Source: Candidatus Woesebacteria bacterium GW2011_GWB1_33_38
GTDB lineage: Bacteria > Patescibacteriota > Microgenomatia > UBA8517
Length of the DNA stretch: 55,049 bases
Reading direction: 5' to 3'
Assembly: GCA_000990005.1 (NCBI GenBank)
Contig: LBPF01000006.1
Span: 99,615-154,663 of the forward strand
Shown here: piece after piece, positions 22,480 to 31,639 of the stretch
Position numbering within the stretch: position 1 is the first letter of the stretch
How the letters are laid out: each line of letters starts with the position of its first letter
Program-made: the position numbers and the translations under genes
Notes under the pieces: model-generated
What the model was told of the DNA's origin: nothing
The model's input: the letters and a program-made list of their open reading frames with translations, nothing else
The model's database searches: none

Positions 22480-23316
22480 ATGTATAAGAATCGTAATAAT
22501 CGGGCTGGCCAGGCTGTTTTAATTGTTCTTCTTTCACTTTCTGTTGTCTTGGTAGTTGTAATGTATATTCTCTCCCGTTCAATTACTGATATATCACTTT
22601 CTACTAAAGACGATGATTCACTTCGTGCTTTTTCTGCGGCTGAGGCTGGGATAGAAAAAGCCTTAGTAGTAGGATCAAGTAGTGATTCTGATTTTGAAGG
22701 GGCAAGTTTTACCGCCGATGTCTCTAGTTTTGGAAATTCTAAGTTAGTTGTTTACCCTTTTAACTTAAAATCAGGAGAAATAGCAACCTTTTGGTTTACA
22801 AGGCCTTCAGAAACACCATTCACGGGAAATCAGATACAACTTTGTTGGGGTGATGCTGGAACTGGTGTGTCAAGTTCCACAACCCCTGCTATTGAATTTA
22901 GTATTTATTATGGCCCTGTTACTAATCTGCAAATTGCTAGAGCTACTTTTGACCCATATATTTATAGACCTCAAGGGGATTTCTTAAATAATTTTGCTTC
23001 TGCTCAAAATGCCACTTGTACAATAGGAAATGAGGTTTTTCAATTTAATCAAACTTTTAATCTTAACACTCTTGGAGCTAGTTCTAATCTTCAATTTGCT
23101 ACCGTAAAAATGCTTTACAATACAGCTGTTGGTCATAAAGTTGGATTAAATGTCAATTTTGGTGGTAACTCAAATCTACCTACCCAGGGATCTGTGATTG
23201 ATTCAACGGGTAAATATGGAGATTCCAATAGAAGAATAAGTGTTTACCAACTACATCCAGTGATTCCTCCGATTTTTACAAACGCTCTTTATAGTGGTAC
23301 TGGTATTGTTAAATAA
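22480..23316 (+). CDS. PilX-like minor pilin
   Basis: AG|QAVLIVLL leader lacking Glu5, AFSAAEAGIE motif. Confidence 0.85.
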   Translation: MYKNRNNRAGQAVLIVLLSLSVVLVVVMYILSRSITDISLSTKDDDSLRAFSAAEAGIEKALVVGSSSDSDFEGASFTADVSSFGNSKLVVYPFNLKSGEIATFWFTRPSETPFTGNQIQLCWGDAGTGVSSSTTPAIEFSIYYGPVTNLQIARATFDPYIYRPQGDFLNNFASAQNATCTIGNEVFQFNQTFNLNTLGASSNLQFATVKMLYNTAVGHKVGLNVNFGGNSNLPTQGSVIDSTGKYGDSNRRISVYQLHPVIPPIFTNALYSGTGIVK

Positions 23317-23346
23317 TTTTGGGTACACTAAATATATACTGCTCAT

Positions 23347-24354
23347 ATGGTTGGAATAGATATAGGTTCGAAAAGTATTAAAATAATAGAGGCTACTAAG
23401 TCTTCTAATTCTTGGCAACTTAAGACTTCCGGTGCTATTGGATTTACAGGTAATTCTCCTGAGAAAATGATTAATGAAGATGAGTTCATCAAGGCGGGTG
23501 AATTGCTTAAGAAAATGGTAAATCAAATCAAGATAACCTCAAAAGACGTTAATGTAGGTTTACCTGAAAGGCTTGTTTTTTCAAGAGTTATTAAGTTTCC
23601 AGCATTAACTGATGAAGAAATAGTATCGGCGATTAAATGGGAAGCCGAACAATATATACCCATTCCATTGACTGAAGCTGTTGTCCAACATTTAGTTTTG
23701 GAGAAAAAAGAAGGGTCAGGTGAAGTATTAGTTTTACTTGTAGCTGCTCCAAAAACAGTGGTTGAAAAATATATAAAAATAGTAAGACTTGCGGGTTTAA
23801 ACCCTATCTCAGCTGAAACTGAACTCGTTGCACTTTCAAGAAGTCTTGCTCCCCCGAAAGGTACATCAATAATTTTGGATTTGGGTGCAAATTCTACTAA
23901 CATGGCAATTGTCAAAGACACAAAAGTTTTTTTCACACGTTCTATTCCAGTTGCGGGTGAAGCTTTTACAAGAGCCGTGGCTCAAGGCATTGGGGTTAGT
24001 CCCGAACAGGCTGAAGAATATAAAAAAACTTATGGTCTTTCTTCAAGTCAACTTGAAGGAAAAGTTAAAAATGCGCTCGACCCTGTTATGCGTATGGTAG
24101 TTGATGAAGTTAAAAAAGCTATTCATTTTTATCAAACAGAAGGCCAGATCGATATGCCTACCTCAGTCGTTGTTACAGGTGGAGCTTCATTCATGCCAGA
24201 AATTCAAACATATTTAGCAGACCTTTTAGGTTTGGAAACAATAATAGGAGATCCTTTTACAAGGTTTCATTTGGATGCTGAAACGCTTAAAAGCTTGATA
24301 CAATATACATCCTACTATGGGGTAGCTACAGGTCTTGCAATAAGGGAGGAGTAG
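23347..24354 (+). CDS. pilM: type IV pilus assembly protein PilM
   Basis: GIDIGS, ILDLGA, VTGG actin-like motifs, EAEQYIP. Confidence 0.93.
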   Translation: MVGIDIGSKSIKIIEATKSSNSWQLKTSGAIGFTGNSPEKMINEDEFIKAGELLKKMVNQIKITSKDVNVGLPERLVFSRVIKFPALTDEEIVSAIKWEAEQYIPIPLTEAVVQHLVLEKKEGSGEVLVLLVAAPKTVVEKYIKIVRLAGLNPISAETELVALSRSLAPPKGTSIILDLGANSTNMAIVKDTKVFFTRSIPVAGEAFTRAVAQGIGVSPEQAEEYKKTYGLSSSQLEGKVKNALDPVMRMVVDEVKKAIHFYQTEGQIDMPTSVVVTGGASFMPEIQTYLADLLGLETIIGDPFTRFHLDAETLKSLIQYTSYYGVATGLAIREE

Positions 24355-24360
24355 ATTGGT

Positions 24361-24897
24361 ATGGATAAAAAAATAAATTTAATACCTGAAGATTTAGCAG
24401 TTCCTGCCTCCGTAGTTAAGTTAACAAAGATTATTAATAAATTATCTATTGTGATGTCTGTTGTTTTAATAGTCGCAGTTTTAGGAATTGTTTCTTTGCT
24501 TTTTTATTTCCTGACCAATCTTAAAAGGGCTGAAGCTTCAAATTCTTTATTAAAAGATGAAGTAACTACTTTAGAAAAAGTAGAACAACAGCTTGTATTA
24601 ACAAAGGATAAAATATCTAAAATAAATCAAGTTAAATTATTTGATTCTTCTGATTTAAATTTAGATAATTTTAAAATATTACAAAATATTATCCCAGAGT
24701 TTCCTGATTTGATATTAGGTGAAGTGCAAATTAGTTCAAAAGGTATTGAGATTTTAATTTCAGGCAAGGATACCGTCTCATTCATAACCTTTTTACGACG
24801 AATCAAAGAGTTTGATGCATTTCCAAACGTGGCAATTTCATCCTTTTCATTAAATCCTAAAAGTGGAATATCTCTTAACTTAATTTATGGAATATAA
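24361..24897 (+). CDS. pilN: PilN-like protein
   Basis: INLIP PilM-binding motif, TM helix, coiled coil. Confidence 0.8.
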   Translation: MDKKINLIPEDLAVPASVVKLTKIINKLSIVMSVVLIVAVLGIVSLLFYFLTNLKRAEASNSLLKDEVTTLEKVEQQLVLTKDKISKINQVKLFDSSDLNLDNFKILQNIIPEFPDLILGEVQISSKGIEILISGKDTVSFITFLRRIKEFDAFPNVAISSFSLNPKSGISLNLIYGI

Positions 24898-25564
24898 TAA
24901 TACTAACAGTAAAATTAAATATCTAAGTAAACCAATTATTATTTTAACTGCCGTTGTCTCCATGTTAACTTTTAGTATTTTTTTTGGTATAAATCAGGTA
25001 AATGATGTAAACCAAAAAGTTAATTCTGCAAATGTTTCGAATAACCAGCTTGTTCAAAAAATAGATGTTTTAAAAGATGTCCAAGAAGTCATTTCAGACG
25101 GGGTAAGCTTTGCTGAAATTGCACTACCAAGTAAAGGGGTAATACTTTTTGGTATGAGTCAAGTTAAAAATAAGGCAGATTCATTAGGTTTAACAATTCA
25201 AAATTTAAAAGTGTCAAGTGCGACAGGTGAAACTAATGGGATTGAAAAGGTTTCTATCTCTTTTGATATTAGTGGTGATAATTCAAACCTATTTTTATTT
25301 TTAGATTCATTTGAAAAAACACTTCCGCTTGCCAAGGTAAATAAGATGTCGTTAATCGGTCAAGATGAAAATTATTTAGCAACAGTTACGCTAGATTTTT
25401 ATTCTGCTAGTCCGTTGAAGAAAATTCCTTCGCTAACAGGTCAGATAAACGGATTGACAAATGAGGAAATGATGATTTTACAGGAATTATCTGAATATGA
25501 AGTTCCCGAGTTTGGAATACCCACTGTTAATGAATTCCCTGCTAGAGAAGATATATTTAACTAA
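24887..25564 (+). CDS. pilO: PilO-like protein
   Basis: TM + coiled coil + ALP, position after pilN. Confidence 0.7.
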   Translation: MEYNNTNSKIKYLSKPIIILTAVVSMLTFSIFFGINQVNDVNQKVNSANVSNNQLVQKIDVLKDVQEVISDGVSFAEIALPSKGVILFGMSQVKNKADSLGLTIQNLKVSSATGETNGIEKVSISFDISGDNSNLFLFLDSFEKTLPLAKVNKMSLIGQDENYLATVTLDFYSASPLKKIPSLTGQINGLTNEEMMILQELSEYEVPEFGIPTVNEFPAREDIFN

Positions 25565-25811
25565 CAAGGTCAGTATTCTTGCTAGGATTAACTAAAAGAA
25601 TTATTTTTTTCTTTTCTAAAGTTGCCTTAATTCTAAGTATGTTCCTAATAGCTTTAATAATTTTTCCTTGTTTTCCAATAATCATTCCCCCGTCTTCATC
25701 TTTTGTTTTAACAGTTAATGTTACTAGAGATCCATTATCTTCTTCTAAAATCTCAAACTTAACATCTTTACCAAGGATATTTTTAATTATAAATTCAAGT
25801 AAATCTTTCAT
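25557..25811 (-). CDS. khpA: KH-domain RNA-binding protein
   Basis: IIGKQGKIIKAIR; follows rpsP. Confidence 0.88.
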   Translation of the reverse strand: MKDLLEFIIKNILGKDVKFEILEEDNGSLVTLTVKTKDEDGGMIIGKQGKIIKAIRNILRIKATLEKKKIILLVNPSKNTDLVS

Positions 25812-25812
25812 A

Positions 25813-26040
25813 TCATTTATTTTTAAGAATTTTTCTAACACCTTCAGTTAAAATTGCACCCTTTTTAGTCCATGACTCAAACTTTTTTTTATCAATATCT
25901 AACTTTTTGAGCTTCGGGTTATAAGTTCCTAAGACTTCCAAATTTTTGCCATCAACTTTGGATCTGGTTGTTCCAGCAATTATTCTATAAAAGGCATTAT
26001 TTTTTGTCCCCATTCTTGCGAGTTTTATTGATACTGACAT
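25813..26040 (-). CDS. rpsP: 30S ribosomal protein S16
   Basis: IKLARMG...FYRII...LGTYNP...GA. Confidence 0.95.
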   Translation of the reverse strand: MSVSIKLARMGTKNNAFYRIIAGTTRSKVDGKNLEVLGTYNPKLKKLDIDKKKFESWTKKGAILTEGVRKILKNK

Positions 26041-26048
26041 AGTTCATT

Positions 26049-26711
26049 CTATTTTACCATGCTTTTAAGTGCACTGGTAGCCGCATTTTGTTCAGCTTCA
26101 GATTTACTTTTCCCCGTTCCCTGTGCTTGCTGTTTACCATCTATTACCACTTCAATCCTAAAAATTTTATTATGATCTGGTCCGACATCAGAAAGTACCT
26201 GATATTTAGGAGCTTGGAGTCCTTTGGCCTGAACAATTTCCTGAAGTAGACTTTTTGGGTCTTTTAAAGATGAACTTGCCTTGGTTTCTGCGTCAATTAA
26301 AATATTTTCAATTATGAATTTTTCCGCTGCTTCAAGTCCCTGATCTAAAAATAAACTTCCAATTATTGCCTCCACAGTATCTGCAAGAAGTGATGGATTA
26401 TTCCTTCCCCCTCCATCTTCTTCGCCTTTGGAAAGAAATATTTTTTCCCCAACCCCTATTTTAATGGCTAAATTTGCCAAATTTTTAGTATTTACAAGAT
26501 TTGCTCTTAGAGACGTTAGGTATCCTTCTTCTTTGTCAGGATACATATTATAAATTTCTTTTGAAACAACAAATTCTAAAATGGCGTCGCCTAAAAATTC
26601 TAGGCGTTCATTTGTGCCTCTTATCCCTATGTTTTCATTAACCCACGATCTATGGGTTAATGCTTGTTCAAATAAATTATTATTTTTGTATTGTTTTTGT
26701 AAGTTCATCAT
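26049..26711 (-). CDS. rnc: ribonuclease III
   Basis: ALTHRS, NERLEFLGDA, dsRBD DPKSLLQE...AEQNAA. Confidence 0.97.
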   Translation of the reverse strand: MMNLQKQYKNNNLFEQALTHRSWVNENIGIRGTNERLEFLGDAILEFVVSKEIYNMYPDKEEGYLTSLRANLVNTKNLANLAIKIGVGEKIFLSKGEEDGGGRNNPSLLADTVEAIIGSLFLDQGLEAAEKFIIENILIDAETKASSSLKDPKSLLQEIVQAKGLQAPKYQVLSDVGPDHNKIFRIEVVIDGKQQAQGTGKSKSEAEQNAATSALKSMVK

Positions 26712-27048
26712 ATACCGTTCCTAAAACTCCATTAACAAATGATCCTGAGGATTCACTCCCGAATTCTTTTGCAAGTTCTACCGCTTCGTCAATAATCACT
26801 TTTGGTGGTGTGTCTTTATTTTTAAGCTCATAAATTGCCAAATGAAGAATAGCTAGGTCGATTTTATTTATTTTATCAATCGGCCAAGTTGGTGCTGAAT
26901 CAACAATTATTTTATTTAGTTTTTTTACCTGTTTTAAAATGTTTTTAACAAGCTCTGGTAAATTTTTCTGATGCGTGAAGCTTTCAGCAAACAAAACTTT
27001 GATAGCTATCCTTCGTTTTAAATGTCTGGGGTCAGTCGCAGTCTTCAT
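26680..27048 (-). CDS. nusB: transcription antitermination factor NusB
   Basis: IDLAIL, VIIDEAVELAKEF, FVNGVL. Confidence 0.93.
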   Translation of the reverse strand: MKTATDPRHLKRRIAIKVLFAESFTHQKNLPELVKNILKQVKKLNKIIVDSAPTWPIDKINKIDLAILHLAIYELKNKDTPPKVIIDEAVELAKEFGSESSGSFVNGVLGTVYDELTKTIQK

Positions 27049-27051
27049 AAC

Positions 27052-27231
27052 TTATTTACCACGCAGTGGCAAGCTTCGCTTATAAGATCCACAGTGTGGA
27101 CATGATTTGTGTGGTTCTTTTAATTTTCCGCAACTTTGACATTTTGAAATAGCAGATACAGAAGCTTTAAAGGTACTTCTTCTTTGCGCAGTCCTTCCAT
27201 GACTGTGTTTTTTCTTTGGTAATGGGGCCAT
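27052..27231 (-). CDS. rpmF: 50S ribosomal protein L32 (not in ORF track)
   Basis: hand translation MAPLPKKKHSHGRTAQRR...CQSCG...PHKSCPHCGSY. Confidence 0.93.
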   Translation of the reverse strand: MAPLPKKKHSHGRTAQRRSTFKASVSAISKCQSCGKLKEPHKSCPHCGSYKRSLPLRGK

Positions 27232-27239
27232 ATTTTCAA

Positions 27240-29159
27240 TTATACATTGTTCACTGCTTCTGTTGCAAGCTTAATTAATTTGGTGTCTGACCAATCGGCA
27301 ATTTTTAAATTTCCAAAACCACTTTGTTTTATTCCCAAAACATCTCCAGCTCCACGAAGTTTAAAATCTAGTTCTGCCAGTTCAAAACCTGAAGAAGTTT
27401 TTGTTAAGGTCGTTAATCGATGAATTGCTTTTCCGGATTCGTTTTCGGTAAACAATAAACAATATGATTCTTTATCTCCCCTACCAACACGACCCCGAAG
27501 TTGATGCAGTTGTGCGAGTCCAAACCTATCTGCCCCCTCAATTAACATAATTGTTGCATTGGGAACATCAATTCCAACCTCTACAACAGGAGTTGAAACT
27601 AAAATATCAATCTTTTGATTTTTAAAATCGCTTAAAATTTGGTTTTTTTCTTTTTCTTTTAGTTTTCCATGTAACAGCCCCAACTTTAAACTTTTAAATT
27701 TTAACTTTAAACTCCCGAATTCTTTTTTAACAGACCTAACATTTTTTAATGTTTCTGTGTCTGATTCTTCAACTAAGGGACAAATAATAAAGCACTGTGA
27801 ACCGTGTTGTATCATTTGTTCACTGATCCATTCATATGCCTTCTCACGCTTTTCGTTTGGAACAAGCCATGTTTTAATTTTAGGCCTGTTTTCAGGAATC
27901 TCATCTAAGATTGATAAATCCATATCTGAAAATAAAGTTTGTGCTATGGTTCTTGGTATTGGAGTTGCGGTCATTGTCAGCCTATTTGGATTTTTGTTTT
28001 TTAAGAAATCAATTTGTTTAACACCAAACTTATGCTGTTCATCAATTATTGCTAAGCCAACGTTTGTAAATTCCTTAATCTTATTAATTAAAGCATGAGT
28101 ACCAATATAGATATCGGTTTTACCTAATTCTTTTTTAACACTTGATCCTGTTATTAAAGCGATTCTAATAGTTAACTTTTCGAATAACTTTTTATAGGTT
28201 TCATAATGCTGATTAGCTAAAATTTGAGTCGGAGCAAGTAAAATTGTTTGGTAACCATTCAAAAATGTTACAAATGAAGCAATAACGGCAACTACCGTTT
28301 TTCCACTTCCTACGTCTCCCTGTAGAAGTCTATTCATTGGAGTATCTTTCCTTAGCTCCTTAAAAATTTCAGTAACTACTTTCTTCTGCGAGGAAGTTAA
28401 TTTAAAAGGAAGGCTTTCAATAAATTCATTTACAGGTTTATTGTCAATTTCTAATTTAATGCTTTTCTTTTTTAATAATTTATTCTTTCTTTCTTTTGCT
28501 GAGATCAAGAGATTGTAAAACTCATTAAAAGCTAATCTTTTTTTGGCCTCTTCTGCTTCCTCTGAGTCACGAGGAAAGTGGATCTTGTGGATTGCATCAT
28601 CAAAATCCAAAAGTCCATGTTTATCTTTTAAAAATTCAAATATCTCTATCCTATCAAGAGCATATTTAATTCTTGCCTTAAGCCATTTATTTGTAAGCCC
28701 TGCTGTTTGTGGATAAACACCAATAATTTTCCCTGTATGAACGGATTCGTGTTCATAGTCCATCTTTTCATACTGAGGTGAAAAGAAAGCAATCTTTCGA
28801 TTAAACCAAGACGCTTTTCCAGAAATTATTACTTTAGTTCCTGGGATGAGCATTCTTGCCAGGTAAAATTGATTAAACCAAATTATATTAATTCTTCCAG
28901 TGTCATCTTCAAGTGTTCCCATCTGCATTAATTTGCCGGACTTTGTAGGCTGATTTTTGATTGAAGTAATTTCCCCAAAAACCGAAATTAATTCGTCAGG
29001 TTTAATATCTTTTATCTTAGTAAACTTACTAAAATCTAGATATCTATTAGGAATATGATGAAGCAAGTCTGAGATTGTTATAATCTCAAGTCTTTTAAGT
29101 TTTTTTTCAAAACTAGGACCGACAAAGGGAAGTGTGGAAACTGAATCAGTAAGATTCAT
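27240..29159 (-). CDS. recG: ATP-dependent DNA helicase RecG
   Basis: RLLQGDVGSGKT, DEQH, MTATPIPRT, QLHQLRGRVGRG. Confidence 0.96.
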   Translation of the reverse strand: MNLTDSVSTLPFVGPSFEKKLKRLEIITISDLLHHIPNRYLDFSKFTKIKDIKPDELISVFGEITSIKNQPTKSGKLMQMGTLEDDTGRINIIWFNQFYLARMLIPGTKVIISGKASWFNRKIAFFSPQYEKMDYEHESVHTGKIIGVYPQTAGLTNKWLKARIKYALDRIEIFEFLKDKHGLLDFDDAIHKIHFPRDSEEAEEAKKRLAFNEFYNLLISAKERKNKLLKKKSIKLEIDNKPVNEFIESLPFKLTSSQKKVVTEIFKELRKDTPMNRLLQGDVGSGKTVVAVIASFVTFLNGYQTILLAPTQILANQHYETYKKLFEKLTIRIALITGSSVKKELGKTDIYIGTHALINKIKEFTNVGLAIIDEQHKFGVKQIDFLKNKNPNRLTMTATPIPRTIAQTLFSDMDLSILDEIPENRPKIKTWLVPNEKREKAYEWISEQMIQHGSQCFIICPLVEESDTETLKNVRSVKKEFGSLKLKFKSLKLGLLHGKLKEKEKNQILSDFKNQKIDILVSTPVVEVGIDVPNATIMLIEGADRFGLAQLHQLRGRVGRGDKESYCLLFTENESGKAIHRLTTLTKTSSGFELAELDFKLRGAGDVLGIKQSGFGNLKIADWSDTKLIKLATEAVNNV

Positions 29160-29162
29160 AAA

Positions 29163-29264
29163 TTATAAAAAAGCAATGAACGGTAATATTGACCCGGCTA
29201 AAAGTGCAAGGCCAGCTAATATTGCCAAAATTGTAAATATTTTTCTTTGTTTTCTGGTGATCAT
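29163..29264 (-). CDS. 33-aa single-pass membrane peptide (not in ORF track)
   Basis: MITRKQRKIFTILAILAGLALLAGSILPFIAFL; ATGA overlap with tyrS stop, fills tyrS-recG gap. Confidence 0.65.
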   Translation of the reverse strand: MITRKQRKIFTILAILAGLALLAGSILPFIAFL

Positions 29265-30415
29265 ATTAGTGTACCAAATATCTTTTTACCGATTTTAACT
29301 TTGTCCCCTTTTTTTATTTTGTAATTTAAATCCGTTACAACATCTCCATTAATTTTTATTGCACCTTGTTGAATTAATCTTTTGGCATCAGATAACGATT
29401 TTAAGCTCGTGTAAGGTGCAATTGTTTCACTAAGTGATTTAAAAAGTTTAATCTCCAAACTAAATTCCGGCTCTTTCTTTGAAAAAGTTTTATCAAATTT
29501 ATTTGCAGATTTTAAAGCTATTTTTTCACCCCAGAGAAGTTTAACTACTTCATAAGCCAATTTCTTTTTCCACAACATGGGATCATTTTTAATTTTTGAT
29601 TCAACTCCAGTTAAATCAATTTCTGTCAAAAGTTCAAAACTGAGATAGATTACTTCGTCCGGAAAAGACATAATTCCTGCATAAAAATCTTCAGGTTTTG
29701 AGTCTAAGAAAAGTGCGTTACCTGTTGTTTTTCCGACTTTTTTACCTTCGCTGTCGATTAAAAGTTTTGTAGTCAATACATGTTTTTCTTTATTTTTAAA
29801 AACTTTGATCAAAGTTCTTCCTATCATCATATTAAAAAGTTGGTCATTACCTCCTATCTCGAGATCAACATCCATAACAACCGAATCGTATCCTTGGGCT
29901 ATCGGATAAAGAAGTTCGTGAAGGAAAATTGGCTCTTTCTTTTTAAGTCTTTCTTGAAACATATCTCTCTCAATGAGTTGTTGATATGTAACTTTGGAAG
30001 TAATCTCAATTAAATCTTTAAAAGAAATTTTGTCAGACCATTTGGAGTTAAATATGATTTTAACAGGATTGGTTCCTGTGGTTTCAAGAAGCATTGCAAT
30101 TTGTTTTTTCCAGGCCCTTGCATTTTTTAGAACTTCTTCCCTAGTTAATTGCTTCCTTGTTGCTAGTTTGTCAGTCGGGTCTCCGATCATGCCCGTAAAA
30201 TCTCCAACTAAGAAGATTACTTCATGACCCAGTTTTTGGAATTGTCTTAATTTCATTAGGCCAACAAAATTACCCAAATGGAGTGATGGTGCAGAGGGAT
30301 CAAATCCTTGATAAAGTTTAATTTTTCGCTTGGCCATCAATTGCGCCAAGCCTTTTTTATCAGGTAAAACCTGTTGCACTCCCCTGGTTAAAATTTCATC
30401 TATTGTTAAGTTCAT
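29261..30415 (-). CDS. tyrS: tyrosine--tRNA ligase
   Basis: GFDPSAPSLHLGN, QGYD, GGNDQ, KVGKT (KMSKS variant), S4 domain. Confidence 0.96.
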   Translation of the reverse strand: MNLTIDEILTRGVQQVLPDKKGLAQLMAKRKIKLYQGFDPSAPSLHLGNFVGLMKLRQFQKLGHEVIFLVGDFTGMIGDPTDKLATRKQLTREEVLKNARAWKKQIAMLLETTGTNPVKIIFNSKWSDKISFKDLIEITSKVTYQQLIERDMFQERLKKKEPIFLHELLYPIAQGYDSVVMDVDLEIGGNDQLFNMMIGRTLIKVFKNKEKHVLTTKLLIDSEGKKVGKTTGNALFLDSKPEDFYAGIMSFPDEVIYLSFELLTEIDLTGVESKIKNDPMLWKKKLAYEVVKLLWGEKIALKSANKFDKTFSKKEPEFSLEIKLFKSLSETIAPYTSLKSLSDAKRLIQQGAIKINGDVVTDLNYKIKKGDKVKIGKKIFGTLI

Positions 30416-30472
30416 GTTCGTTTAAGTATATAACTATAAAACCGCTTTATCTAGGATATGTTAAAATAAATT

Positions 30473-31006
30473 ATGAAAATTATAGATTTATCACAGTCTA
30501 TTTTTGATGGAATGGATGTTTATCCTGGGGATCCAGAAGTTCATATTCAACAAATTCATAATTTGGACAAAGAGGGTTGGAGGCTTAGATACTTACAACT
30601 ATCATCGCACATAGGAACTCATGCAGACGCTTTTGCGCATATGGATGAGAACGGTACAACTATCGATAATATCCCACTCGAGAAATATATTGGTAAAACT
30701 TTACTAGTTAAGATAGATGATGAATTTCCCAAAAATGTAGGTTTAGCTTTCAAAGAAGATAAATTAGATTTAAGTTTGTTTGGAAAATTAAAAGAAGCAG
30801 AACCATTATTTGTTGTAGTCGGAAATACTGCTGAGTTTGATGTTGAACTAGAAAGAAAATTATTGCAATCAGGAATACTAACAATTACAGATTTAGTAAA
30901 CATGGATGAATTGCCCCAGGGTAAAGAATTCATGTTTTATGGTGTTCCACTTAAAATTAAAGATGGAGATGGTTCCCCTATTAGAGCTTTTGCAATCTTA
31001 GATTAA
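30473..31006 (+). CDS. cyclase family (kynurenine formamidase-like) protein
   Basis: YPGDP, HIGTHADAFAH, DGSPIRA. Confidence 0.88.
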   Translation: MKIIDLSQSIFDGMDVYPGDPEVHIQQIHNLDKEGWRLRYLQLSSHIGTHADAFAHMDENGTTIDNIPLEKYIGKTLLVKIDDEFPKNVGLAFKEDKLDLSLFGKLKEAEPLFVVVGNTAEFDVELERKLLQSGILTITDLVNMDELPQGKEFMFYGVPLKIKDGDGSPIRAFAILD

Positions 31007-31060
31007 CTTAAAGAGTTGGATAATTGTCAAATTTTTTAGTTATTTGTAGTAACATTAAGT

Positions 31061-31480
31061 ATGCCCAGTTTAAAAAAAGAGATTTATTTAATTTATAAAA
31101 AAGTAAGAACAATTAAGAGTCCCGCTATAAAACAAAAAGTGATTTTTAATAGATATGGTTGGATTCATTTATCATTTGACAGTAGAGGTCACAGAAGATC
31201 CTCAAGGGATAGAAGGCTTAGATTCAACCTATTTAGATATTCGCATGAGGTGGTTAGAAATTCAAAACACATTATTAAAGAAACTGAAGGGACAATAAAA
31301 TCAAAACGAGGTAAAGAAAGGTCTGTAAAATACTATGAAATTGCAAGTATATGTAACGACGGAAAAAATCATATAACGGTTATCATTAGAAAAATAGAAG
31401 ACGGAAACTATCACTTTTGGAGTATACGAAGAACTAGTACTAAAACCAAAAAAGCCCTCAAAGAAGAGGGACTTTTTTAG
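31061..31480 (+). CDS. basic BECR-fold (barnase/RelE/colicin-like) RNase-like protein, paralog A
   Basis: FN..G..HL, R..R..L, VIIRKI..GNYHFWS; aligns by eye to 50338-50751. Confidence 0.6.
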   Translation: MPSLKKEIYLIYKKVRTIKSPAIKQKVIFNRYGWIHLSFDSRGHRRSSRDRRLRFNLFRYSHEVVRNSKHIIKETEGTIKSKRGKERSVKYYEIASICNDGKNHITVIIRKIEDGNYHFWSIRRTSTKTKKALKEEGLF

Positions 31481-31540
31481 TGTGCCTGCTTTTCCAGCGT
31501 AGAATTCTTAGCTAGTTACGGGAATTACCCTACAAGCACA
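31448..31540 (-). ncRNA. putative ~90-nt structured small RNA convergent on RNase-like gene A
   Basis: own promoter and terminator; P1 UGUGCUUGU/GCAGGCACA, P2 GGG/CCC, P3 CUAGC/GCUGG; G-U pairs only work on minus strand. Confidence 0.7.
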
Positions 31541-31545
31541 TCTAT

Positions 31546-31574
31546 ATAGTATTAAAATAATACCTCTTTGTCAA
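31546..31574 (-). promoter_or_regulatory. sigma70 promoter of sRNA A
   Basis: TTGACA-17 nt-TACTAT. Confidence 0.8.
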
Positions 31575-31639
31575 ATTTTGTATCAGTCAACTACATCTTT
31601 TTATGTAAAAGTAATTTAATATATGTTAATATAGTTCAT

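Noticed and set aside
30416-30472. T-box leaders before tyrS / thrS
   Set aside because: Upstream gaps are under 65 nt, too short and lacking the T-box motif.
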